Shown piece after piece: positions 42,409 to 54,089 of a DNA stretch of 64,000 nucleotides (position 1 is the stretch's first letter; every line of letters begins with the position of its first letter). Source of the DNA: Lobosporangium transversale (taxonomy: Eukaryota); the NCBI RefSeq assembly GCF_002105155.1, contig NW_019029001.1:186001-250000 (forward strand), given 5' to 3'. The notes below the pieces were generated by a model. The model was given only the letters and a program-made list of their open reading frames with translations, ran no database searches and had not been told where the DNA came from. The translations under genes were made by a program, and so were the position numbers.

Positions 42409-42914
42409 AATGTAGATAAAAACAAAGAACGAGGGAAGAAAGTTGAATATTTTCGCATTAGTAATAGAAGCATTGAGCACTGAGGAAATATCTTCAAACG
42501 ATAATAAATCATTATATTTCTTCATGTGTTCAGTAAACTCTCTCTTGCAGCTCTCTTGTCAATGCTCAAATATCACTTTTCATTTTGTCTTTGCCCTTTA
42601 TAATGGATGTGCTGTATCCTGTCATTCTATCCTTTTTGTTACACACATCGACTCTTTTTCAGTGAAGATTAATTTGATAGTATGACTATCCCAGGGCAAT
42701 GTAAACTGCAATCCATTTTTGAGCATGGGTGTTCGGTTCATAAAGTCGTCTTGTTGCCCCTAAAACAAAGATTTCTTTGCTATGTTGATCTGTAAGGTTT
42801 TTAAAGTTAGTCCAGAAATTCAGGGGCAAAAGATTAGGTAGAAAGGATACAGGAGACGAAAATAACAGAACTTACAAATTTTTTGTGGGTGTGCCGGCAC
42901 CCAAATACTTGTGT

Positions 42915-44711
42915 CTAGCGTCGTGCGCGCTTTGCACCCGGAGCAGGCGACTCTTCCGAAGGTTTGTACTTTGCAGGTCTCTCTTGCCTCTCAATTTGAG
43001 CAGGACCAATTCTTGCGATGTTTTCCGCCCCTACTGCGTCACGGTCGAAGAATACCTTACATGCCCGGCAATAATTAAAGCGAAGGTTCACCGCCTCTAA
43101 AAGCTATCGCAGAGGGGTCGAGGGCAGCGGGCGCTGGTGTAAAATTCGTGCGCCCCTCGTGTCTTGACTTAAGCGTTTCAACTGGCAGTCGTTTATCAGC
43201 AAGGGCTCCAGCTTTTCTTATTTTTTTTTAAAAAAGTCATACCTGTGTGACAAGGTGTCTCGTTATAGCAGTGTGCTTGCTGGGAACCCCTTTACTACTT
43301 TCAAAGGACCCTAGGCCGACGACACTCGCTGCACCGCGTAGTCGAACGTAGCTCGTTGAGCCTTTCGTAGGTCCCATTTTTTTTAAGTGTCATCTAGACT
43401 CGTAGAACTCTTGAAGCACATCCAAATTCTTTGATCCTGTCTGTGTCTGGGACTCCTTGTTCATCCATTAAAAGTACTCATTGTACGTATCCCTTCCAAA
43501 CACAGGGATGGCGCTCTCAACCTCAATCATTCCTTTTTCACGCTTCCTTTTGTTCAACAGGTGATTGAAACGGAGGACGGGGAGGTACAAGAACCTGCTT
43601 CTCACCTTTACCGTTTGCCGCAAGTTAGGGTTGTGAGGATCCAGGGAGGAAAACGTAAGGACGTTAACAATACCAGGATCGCATCCGACGATAGTTGTGG
43701 TGTTTGCGGATGGGCATCGCTCTGGCTCGTTGAATGTGAGCTCAACATTTTCAAGCAGTTTGGAGCTCCTCTTCCAGTTTATGTTTGCGTAGTCTTCATC
43801 TGTCAGGTCTTCATCGGCTGCCTTTGAACACGTCGTGTTGAGGAATCCTTGAGAAAGCTGTAGATTCAGAACAAGACTGTTGGTAGGAATCGTTCCTTTG
43901 AGTTTGAACCGAGTTATATCTTTGTCCTGTGACTGTAGGGATACTTTGTCTCGATATCCATGAACCATGCGATCACCTCCAATGTCACAAAAGAGAGCCT
44001 GTATCAAAACCCCTTTTGTTCCCTGTATACACTCAAGCATTGCAGTCTTGGAAGGATTGTTGAGAGGCAGAATACGCTCCAGCAGCCGCTTGGTATCTTC
44101 GTTCACCCAGAGGATGTCAACTAGGGCGTGTTCAGATAGATACACATACCCAGGTGTCCAGGGGGACGTAGGAAAGTCTGAGTATTTTTTCACTTTTTTG
44201 TTCTCCCGCAAAAAAACTCAATATCGCTCATATCTTCGTTTGTTTTCTCGACATCAAACTAGAAAAAATAAAAAATAAAAAATAAAAAAGTCTGGATAGT
44301 TGCAGAATATGCATGAAAATACCCTACACAAGGTTATACCATTGCGCTCCTGTAGTGCTGCTTTAATGATGTCTGTACTTGGCCCATTAGTAGCTCTGAT
44401 GCTCTTGGAAATGAGATCTTTTTGGGATCAAAGCCTTGCACGTCCCCCAATGCGATGTCTATTTCCTTTATTGGGGGAAGTTCAGTGGTGGCCTTCATAA
44501 GTGAGGAGATAATGGGGCGTTTCTACCGCCTTTCCTTGTTTTTTTTGCCCTCACGTAAGCTGAATTGGGGCCACCTTGACCACTTAAAAGAAGGGTGGCA
44601 AGACGGAAGGAATAGCCAGTGCTATCCAAGACCTCGTCCAGTGCCTTTTTCCTCGACCTTGCTGCCCCTAGTAACCGCATGATCCTCTCAATGTCCAAGG
44701 CAATCGCCCAG
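42915..44711 (-). pseudogene. Inverted partial copy (3' half: RuvC/zinc-finger part) of the Fanzor-like gene
   Basis: Reverse complement of 45998-47794, with the same stops and frameshifts. Confidence 0.85.
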
Positions 44712-47700
44712 ACTATACATATTGATGGGGAACCTTGTACTGAGAAAGAAAAAGCAAGGACAGAACGGCAAGCCATAAGACAAAAAAATATGGATGCTTT
44801 GGAGAACGATATGAGCACCTTCGAGAGAAATTCTCGGAGTGGGGTATGGACTCGTCCTCAAGTCATGAGGCGCATCCAGAAGGGTCTTCGAGAATCAGCT
44901 GGCAACAGTCCTTAGCTCTGTCTTCGATGTCTGTCTGTGTGCAAATGAAGCGGATCCATGCATAGGGTGCCATAATGAGGAGAATGATAGGATCGTGATA
45001 TCCCAAGACTCTGATTTTTTTGCGTACGAACGAGTCTGCTTCCTAGTGCGATCCTTTCCACACCGTAGACGGAAGTTTGAGGCTTACGACGTGGACAATG
45101 TTATCAAAGTACTAAACCTGCCATCACACGAACATCTGGTGTTATTCTGTGCCATCGCAGACAATGATTACTCAAGGAACCTCGAGACGTTGGACCCGAT
45201 TAATAATCTTCGATTAGTTCGAGAGGTTGCGTGGAACAAGAACTACAATAAAATGCTTCAAGATTACCTTAGGGAAGCTAATAAGATGTTGGGAAGGAAT
45301 GCAGCCTCTGAAGAAGGCCGTTTCAGAGTAGCTCTCCGTATTTTTACTTCCGGCCATCAAACGTCGGCCCAAGCGTTACCATCGAACAATGAGTTCGATA
45401 ACTTCAAGCAGCGTCTACTCAATGGAAAGGATCTTCGCAATAGAATGGCTCAGCAAAGGCGAGCGCAGCGCCGCAGAACGTAAGAAAGCTCAAGCTATAG
45501 TTTTGGCCTTGAAACCAGACGTCCCCAATACTAATCGTTAGTCCCTTTCTTGAATAATGTAGAGGCGCACCATCATTCTATATAGCGGAAGGGTCACATA
45601 GAAACCAGTTCCGGCCCATCTTTTCTGACAAGCCGAGCATATTGAATGGGCGCACAGTTGATATCAGTAACTGCCGTCAGCACGATAGGCGAGGCCTTAA
45701 GCATCCACCACGTCGGAGAAAGGCAAAAAAGAAGCAACAGAAAAAACAAAAGCGGAAGCACAAAGGCAAGAAGCCCCACAGGGCTAAAAAAGAAGGTGCA
45801 CCAATTAGGAACTTGAAGGATGCTACGAAGGTTGATCACAGCTACAGTAGTAAGCACCCTATCAAGGCCTTAACAATTGGGTCCCTCAAGGCTTCCATGG
45901 CAAGGAAAGGCGGACTGGACGCAGATGAAAGGGATAATATTGCAAGCCAGATCCGAGGGGCAGTTGTTGTCCTCAACCGACTACGCCGCTATGCATACTG
46001 GGCGATTGCCTTGGACATTGAGAGGATCATGCGGTTACTAGGGGCAGCAAGGTCGAGGAAAAAGGCACTGGACGAGGTCTTGGATAGCACTGGCTATTCC
46101 TTCCGTCTTGCCACCCTTCTTTTAAGTGGTCAAGGTGGCCCCAATTCAGCTTACGTGAGGGCAAAAAAAACAAGGAAAGGCGGTAGAAACGCCCCATTAT
46201 CTCCTCACTTATGAAGGCCACCACTGAACTTCCCCCAATAAAGGAAATAGACATCGCATTGGGGGACGTGCAAGGCTTTGATCCCAAAAAGATCTCATTT
46301 CCAAGAGCATCAGAGCTACTAATGGGCCAAGTACAGACATCATTAAAGCAGCACTACAGGAGCGCAATGGTATAACCTTGTGTAGGGTATTTTCATGCAT
46401 ATTCTGCAACTATCCAGACTTTTTTATTTTTTATTTTTTATTTTTTCTAGTTTGATGTCGAGAAAACAAACGAAGATATGAGCGATATTGAGTTTTTTTG
46501 CGGGAGAACAAAAAAGTGAAAAAATACTCAGACTTTCCTACGTCCCCCTGGACACCTGGGTATGTGTATCTATCTGAACACGCCCTAGTTGACATCCTCT
46601 GGGTGAACGAAGATACCAAGCGGCTGCTGGAGCGTATTCTGCCTCTCAACAATCCTTCCAAGACTGCAATGCTTGAGTGTATACAGGGAACAAAAGGGGT
46701 TTTGATACAGGCTCTCTTTTGTGACATTGGAGGTGATCGCATGGTTCATGGATATCGAGACAAAGTATCCCTACAGTCACAGGACAAAGATATAACTCGG
46801 TTCAAACTCAAAGGAACGATTCCTACCAACAGTCTTGTTCTGAATCTACAGCTTTCTCAAGGATTCCTCAACACGACGTGTTCAAAGGCAGCCGATGAAG
46901 ACCTGACAGATGAAGACTACGCAAACATAAACTGGAAGAGGAGCTCCAAACTGCTTGAAAATGTTGAGCTCACATTCAACGAGCCAGAGCGATGCCCATC
47001 CGCAAACACCACAACTATCGTCGGATGCGATCCTGGTATTGTTAACGTCCTTACGTTTTCCTCCCTGGATCCTCACAACCCTAACTTGCGGCAAACGGTA
47101 AAGGTGAGAAGCAGGTTCTTGTACCTCCCCGTCCTCCGTTTCAATCACCTGTTGAACAAAAGGAAGCGTGAAAAAGGAATGATTGAGGTTGAGAGCGCCA
47201 TCCCTGTGTTTGGAAGGGATACGTACAATGAGTACTTTTAATGGATGAACAAGGAGTCCCAGACACAGACAGGATCAAAGAATTTGGATGTGCTTCAAGA
47301 GTTCTACGAGTCTAGATGACACTTAAAAAAAATGGGACCTACGAAAGGCTCAACGAGCTACGTTCGACTACGCGGTGCAGCGAGTGTCGTCGGCCTAGGG
47401 TCCTTTGAAAGTAGTAAAGGGGTTCCCAGCAAGCACACTGCTATAACGAGACACCTTGTCACACAGGTATGACTTTTTTAAAAAAAAATAAGAAAAGCTG
47501 GAGCCCTTGCTGATAAACGACTGCCAGTTGAAACGCTTAAGTCAAGACACGAGGGGCGCACGAATTTTACACCAGCGCCCGCTGCCCTCGACCCCTCTGC
47601 GATAGCTTTTAGAGGCGGTGAACCTTCGCTTTAATTATTGCCGGGCATGTAAGGTATTCTTCGACCGTGACGCAGTAGGGGCGGAAAACATCGCAAGAAT

Positions 47701-47794
47701 TGGTCCTGCTCAAATTGAGAGGCAAGAGAGACCTGCAAAGTACAAACCTTCGGAAGAGTCGCCTGCTCCGGGTGCAAAGCGCGCACGACGCTAG
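44712..47794 (+). pseudogene. XPG/FEN1-like 5' nuclease fused to TnpB/Fanzor-like RuvC nuclease, 5'-truncated, intron-containing, disrupted
   Basis: 5'-nuclease motifs: HIDG..TEK, NEADP, VISQDSD, CAIADNDY. RuvC part: IVGCDPG (I), HEFYTSARCPRPLC (II plus Zn finger), CRACKVFFDRDAVGAENI (III). Introns at 45480-45562, about 46370-46450 and 47467-47527. Several stops and frameshifts. Confidence 0.8.
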
Positions 47795-48078
47795 ACACAA
47801 GTATTTGGGTGCCGGCACACCCACAAAAAATTTGTAAGTTCTGTTATTTTCGTCTCCTGTATCCTTTCTACCTAATCTTTTGCCCCTGAATTTCTGGACT
47901 AACTTTAAAAACCTTACAGATCAACAGATACAACAGAGAAACACAAGGTTCTTAAGACGACCTTTTTTTTTTTCTTTCTTTAATCTTATATGAATAAATG
48001 AACTACATGGAAAAGTAAAACGACAGGAGGATGTGTGGAAGAAATGATTGATATGATGAAGCGATAGATAGAGATCTA

Positions 48079-50005
48079 TTACTTGGTGACCTCATGAATA
48101 GCTCTAGCAAGGTAGGCAACGTTCTTGCTCGAAATACCAGCGACAGAGATACGGCCATCCTTGGTCAAGTAAATGTGGTGCTCGTTCTTCAACTTTTCAA
48201 CCTGCTCTGGCGTCAAGCCAGTATAGCAGAACATACCAATTTGGTTGGTAATGTGGTCCCAGTTGAGCTTAGATTTGTGATCGTTGACAAGATGGTTCTT
48301 GAGCTGAGTGCGCATGGTAATAATGCGGTCAGCCATGACCTTGACCTCCTTCAACCACTCAGCGTTCAGCTCAGGACTGTTTAAAACAGCGGCAACAATG
48401 CGGGCGCCGTTAACAGGGGGATTAGAATACATGGGACGGACAACAATTTTGATCTGAGAGTCGACACGAGCCTTTTCCTCTGGAGAGGAAGTCACCAAGC
48501 TAAAAGATCCGGTACGCTCGCCATAAAGACCCATGTTCTTGGCAAATGATTGGGAGAGAGCGAGCAAGTGACCATCCTGGACAAACTTGCGGAGAGCATA
48601 AGCGTCCTTGTCAGTGCTGCCAGAGGCAAAGCCTTGGTAGGCCATATCGAAGAAAGGGAAGTGACCAGCACCTTTGATGATCTTGGAGAGTTCATCCCAC
48701 TGAGCTTGGGTCGGATCAACACCAGTAGGATTATGGGCGCAAGCATGTAGCAAAATAATCGATCCCTTGGGGGCATTCTAAGACATTCATATTTCATTAC
48801 ATCAATAAAAGTACATGTTTAGTCATAAAGCATCATGGTGTTGATTCACAATTCCATAATCACGCTTTCACAATGGCTTTACCTTGATGTCGTTGACCAT
48901 ACCCTCGAAGTCGAGGCCATTGGTCTTCTTATCAAAATATTTATAATGGTTAACCTCCAAACCAGAGTCCTTAAAGATTGGAATGTGATTACCCCAGGTA
49001 GGAGTTGGAACAAAGATCTTCTTGCTGGAGGGGTACCATCTAGCAAGGAACTCGCCTCCAACACGGAGAGCACCAGTACCAGAGATAGTTTGCGTAATGG
49101 CAATCTGCCGATGAACAAGCGGCGAAAAGGGAACATAAAAGGAATTTATACTTCAACACCCGCAAGTATAATCTGTAAAACATTCTAAATTAATACATTT
49201 AAGGTGTACTTACGCGACCCTCCTTCAAGGGAGAGCTATCTGCGCCGTAGGCGAGAAGAGCAGCACCCTTGTTGAATTCTGGAACACCAGTAATACCGGC
49301 ATATTCTTTGTCAAGCAAATCCTTCATGATCCTGTCCTCAGCCTAGATAGATATATAACATTAACAAAACACATTAAAATCAAGAAGGTTTGATTCCTTC
49401 ACATCTTTTCTTATGTCAAAACGATGATACCTTGCGGACACAATTCAAGACGAAAGGCTTTCCAGCATCATCACGGTAGGCGCCGACACCAAGGTTCATT
49501 TTGTTAGGATTGGTGTCCTTCTTGAAAGCCTCGGTGACACCAAGAATAGCATCAGGAGGGCCTAGGATTTTCACAAAAGGAAAATTGCGGGGGAGAGCTC
49601 AGTAAATTATAATCACATGTGTCACTCTTGAGTCTTTTTAAATCCACTTCATGACATTTTGAGACTTCGGATAGGGAATAATGAATACAAAACAAGTCCT
49701 TTTACACTACTCCCATTGTAGTACTAAACTACTTCAATAATATCCCAGCGTGAGGACAATGCTAATATGAATCAATCCAGAACTGGACGCTGATTTTGAT
49801 GCAGCTTATCCTCCAGGAACTCTAAACTTTCTCATGGATGCTGACAGACGCGTCCTATCTCAACGGCAATATTTCAGGCAAAAGACCTACCCATGGGAAC
49901 GTTAGACCACACTGAGGAGAAACGAACGCCAATAGCTGCAGTAGGACGCAAAGTGGCGCGGGTAAGGACAGCGCGAGCAAAGACTCTGGATTGAGCAGCC
50001 AACAT
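48079..50005 (-). CDS. GOT2: Mitochondrial aspartate aminotransferase
   Basis: Presequence [14 protein letters not shown], then [30 protein letters not shown], the PLP lysine motif [12 protein letters not shown], and DGRIS. Confidence 0.96.
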
Positions 50006-50092
50006 GATGAATGGGATGATGAATGGTTTGTTTTACGAGGATGAGGGATGTACAGTAGGAAAACGGAAGAAGAGAGAGTGAGAGAGAGAGGG

Positions 50093-50123
<31 letters not shown>

Positions 50124-50439
50124 AAGAATGAAGAAAAGCTGATCGGTTTCTGTCACGAGCAGTGTGGGACATCGACCATGTGTGCTTGTCCCTGTGTATC
50201 CGCCCGATTGCGGGGTTTTGCGGGGTGGCATGCCGCTTTGGGGTAACAAATCCGCACAAGCAAATATTCCTGGATTCTCACAGAAACTTTATTTTGACCA
50301 AGGCGCGTTCATGTGTGGTGTGCACTTTGAACTGCCCATTCGACTCACTGCTCTCACCCTCACAAAAGAGACAGCACAAACCTCTCAAGAACGTCATAGA
50401 CGTGACTGTGAAAGATTATAAGCGTGTTTTCTAATTCCT

Positions 50440-53400
50440 CCTCAGCCTTAAATGGTGCTTGACGTTTGGTGTGCACTGAACAACCGTCTTTCATCCATAG
50501 ATATGCTCCATTCTTGGCTATCGCTGGAGGCAAAGGGGCCGCTGTTAGTGCATTAGATAACCACGGACGACGTTGGCTATGTTGTAGCTCGCCATCACAT
50601 CTCTGTGCATAAATGTCTTGCATTTGGAACAATAGAGTCGGCGAATGTCAACCTGCCCTACAAATCCTTCACAGTTTGGGTGCTTCTTAGAAGTGTAGTA
50701 TTTGTTCACGCCGGCAGCAATGTATCCAAGAGATCTGGCCTAGGAGAAGCGTAGGTGTATTATTATCGGCTATAGGGTAAGAAAATATAAACAATAAGAG
50801 TAAAAAATAAAATAAAAACTTATTGTTTGAATGAAGTAAGGTTGAAACGACTCATGTAAGGAAGAAAGCCTGGTATTGGAAGGAGGCTTCCCCAGACATA
50901 CAGCAATCACAACCTTGTCGGCAACTGAACCACCCACCATCTTGGGCAAACGGCTGGCGACCTGAACGTATTCTTCATCTCGGGCCCTCTTCGCGTTCTA
51001 CTGATGCCTTTTGATGGCTCTTTTCGTATTAAAGGAACTGAGGTGTGTCTCCACTTCTGCAAGCTTATCGATGTATTCTAATGCTTGCTCCATTGCCGCG
51101 GAGGGGTGATAGACTGCTCTCAATATCGCTGATGCATTTTGTAAAACCATCAATGATTGCTGTTGTTCTCCTTTTTCATCCAGTTTCAATGCTTAAATGT
51201 GGGTTGATACACCGCCTTTTGCTTGGTAGCCAGGTTATAGAACTTGGGCTGTACGGCTGTGCCATTGGAACCTTCATGATTTGGCAACAAAGCATTGGCA
51301 CCAATCACGCACGCTTGTCCGAGGTCCAAAATCTTGATGTTTTCTGGTTGACATCCCCAAAGCCGGTGAATATCATTACTGGCCTTGACTGTCTTCCTAA
51401 TTTCGGTCAAATAGTAGTCTGCACCACCAACTGCAGAGGTGATTCGAGAAGGTAGTTTGTTCTCAGGCAATCGTTGGTACTTCACTGCATTCAGCTCGTT
51501 TATCTTAAATGCCAGGAATTGAAGAAGGAAGCCATCGTTCCGCAAGACATAACCATTTGTCGTGTGTATTTGATTCAAGGATATCGGTCTCTCATCTCTG
51601 ATAGAGACGTCGTGTAAGTCTTGGCTTTGAATTCTTTGAGCCCTCAGCACTGCTCTGGTTAAAGCCTCCAATGTCGGTAATTAGCTTGCTGATAAGGAAC
51701 CCAGGTTCTTTTCAGATAGCCAGCTCAGGCGCCGTTTTCCAGAGGATAAAGATAAGGTTGGGCCCGGACAGGTATATGAAGGGGTCCTCAAACGATGATA
51801 GTGGGGCTAACCTTCGTGAATTCTCTAGAATCTTCCTCATAGGGATGGAGTTTTCAATTGTGGGGATTTTGCAGTCAATGGTAATTGGTGTGTCAGCAGG
51901 TAAAGCGCCTCTGTTCCTTAGGGATTGGATCTATAATATCAAGGAGAGGAATGTCATGTCAGTTATATTTTATTACTTAGATGTATTAATATCTATCAGT
52001 GTGAGAAAGAGTTGTACCTTTTCGCAAAGTGTTTGTGAGCCCTTCACGCAGTGGTTCTTCAATTCGGTAGCCAGTTGCGTGACAATAGACTGTAATATTG
52101 TTGATCCAGGGTATGCCTGCCTTACTTCGATTTTATCACGGCTTGCAATGCTTGGCAAGAAGTCCTTGGTTCTGTCTATAAATCTTTGAGCACCCGCTCC
52201 TTTGCCGTTGGGAGGCTCACGAGTGTAGATACACACGACAAACGCGCCTAAAAAGCTAGTTTGGATGTTCCTTGGTGCAGCGTTTTCAACGATCGACAGC
52301 TTCCCCTATCCTTGTGACTGGTGTTGTCAATACAAAGGCTCTCGACATACAGGTGGTGGCTCTCTAGCAGACACATTTGACTTTTGAGGCTTCACCAACA
52401 ACTTGAAGGTAGCTCTTAATGGCAGATGCTAGATCAGTGCTCGCTTGATATTCGCGGAAATGGTTCCGACATTAAGAGTACTTGTCGGATGTTCCAATTC
52501 CATGACTTTGACCAGACCTTGTTTATTCATATCATTTACATTTTTTCGTTCTGCTTTCTTTTGCTGTTTTGTCTTTTTGGGCTTCGGAGTACTCAATCTG
52601 CCACTAACAGTACTTTCGAATCCCCTTCCCCATACTTTCCATCTGTACTTCTTCATCTTCTGGGGGGCAGCATGCTCTATCTGTCGCGTACGTGACTTGA
52701 ACGAATAGCACATTCGATGCTTATATTTCTTGCCAGATGCATGAGGAGATACCCTTTTGGACAACATCAATCACCGGGACGTTGTTCAAAACAAATAAAT
52801 TCAATAATAGAGCACGTTGGAGAAATTATGAAGTGGCTTCGTGAAGTGACTTGAACTTGAAGTTCGTTTTAAGTCCCATTTGTGCGATGTCATACTTATA
52901 GTCATTTTTCGAGACAATACAAAGCACGATCAACTGTCCCCTTGAGATGCTTAAATGGCCTAACATGGTTAGAACGTGATAAATATAGCCTTTATGCCTG
53001 GACACAGGTCGCCAGGTGGTCGTTATACTGTACAATATTTTAATATGTCCACTCGCTTCCCTTTGAAGAAGCTACAAACACAATCAGTAACTCCTCTCCC
53101 AATGGCCCCAGCGGCTAGCAAGTTAGTGTTGTTTTGCATTTAGTGCTAGGTTGACGGAGCTGTCGAGACAAAAAGCTCTAGCTGAGTATATCCCATTTGA
53201 TAGACAAAGGAAAAATAGTAACAAAGCAACTAGAATGTCATTTTCCTGCCATTGCACCCTGGACGCAAAGTAGGCAGAGCTTTGATTACTTTAACATATA
53301 ATGACCACCCAACAAGCTATAGTCTTCATTCTTTTATGGTTTATTACAGGCGTAGAATATTAAACATTGCCCAACGCATTTTCCACCCGCTATCCTGTTT

Positions 53401-53669
53401 AAACGAAAAGCTACAAATGGGCGAGAGAAAAAAGGCGATAGCTTATATGCATGCCTTGCAAGATAAAGTAGCCACGCTCCAGGACAATTGTTTCTGAGGT
53501 AAAAAGGGAAGATGTCCTGCATCATGTGGTAAAAGCAATTTATGAACAGAAAAATTGGCCGAAGTTCGCCAAGATCGCTCGCTAATATCTCTCTCAGAAA
53601 AGTACAGGATATCAACGCTTTGGTCCTCGAAAAGACAAATTTAAATGCGCAAAGACCATCACACACCAT
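50440..53669 (-). pseudogene. Second, diverged XPG-like + Fanzor-like pseudogene
   Basis: LIVLCIVSKNDY (H3TH-like), EHPTSTLNVGT, LRNDGFLLQ, ILDLGQACVIGA (RuvC-I), VNKYYTSKKHPNC, CSKCKTFMHRDVMASYNI (RuvC-III). A possible decayed N-terminus MVCDGLCAF lies at 53669. The 5' limit is uncertain. Confidence 0.75.
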
Positions 53670-53853
53670 CGTTGAGAGATTGCAACTCCTGTGGGATACA
53701 CTAATTTAAAGCTGCTCATCTCCAGAAACCGTGAACTTCTCTCAGCTCAGCATAGCATTGCCCCCTAAGGGGAATGCGGTTGTGGAAGGAGAAAGGAGAA
53801 AGGAAAAAGAAAGCTTGAAGGAAAGGGCCGAGAAGATGCAATTGAGAAAAACG

Positions 53854-53884
<31 letters not shown>

Positions 53885-54089
53885 CAACGAAAGGATGGTC
53901 TTTATCATAGTGCGTCTTCAATGCGGGAGCCTGCTAGGCCAAAACGTATGAAAGCATACTTATGCTTATGTTTTGCGTAACAAAACTCATCCTTTCTAGC
54001 TAACAAACATGTAAGGGAAATTGAAAGGATGTACAGAAAGTGACTTGGATTTTATTGATGGACCCTTTTACCTCGCTGGACAATCTTTA

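Larger units (their letters stand above)
42783..47926. repeat. Long inverted repeat: 1929-bp arms 42783-44711 and 45998-47926 around a 1286-bp spacer
   Basis: The ORF track is mirror-identical (coordinate pairs sum to 90709). The boundaries were located by base-by-base comparison at both ends. Confidence 0.95.

Noticed and set aside
42783..47926. Reading the inverted repeat as a canonical TIR DNA transposon or an LTR element
   Set aside because: The arms are coding-derived and inverted, not direct. No TSD and no DDE transposase, integrase or RT were seen.
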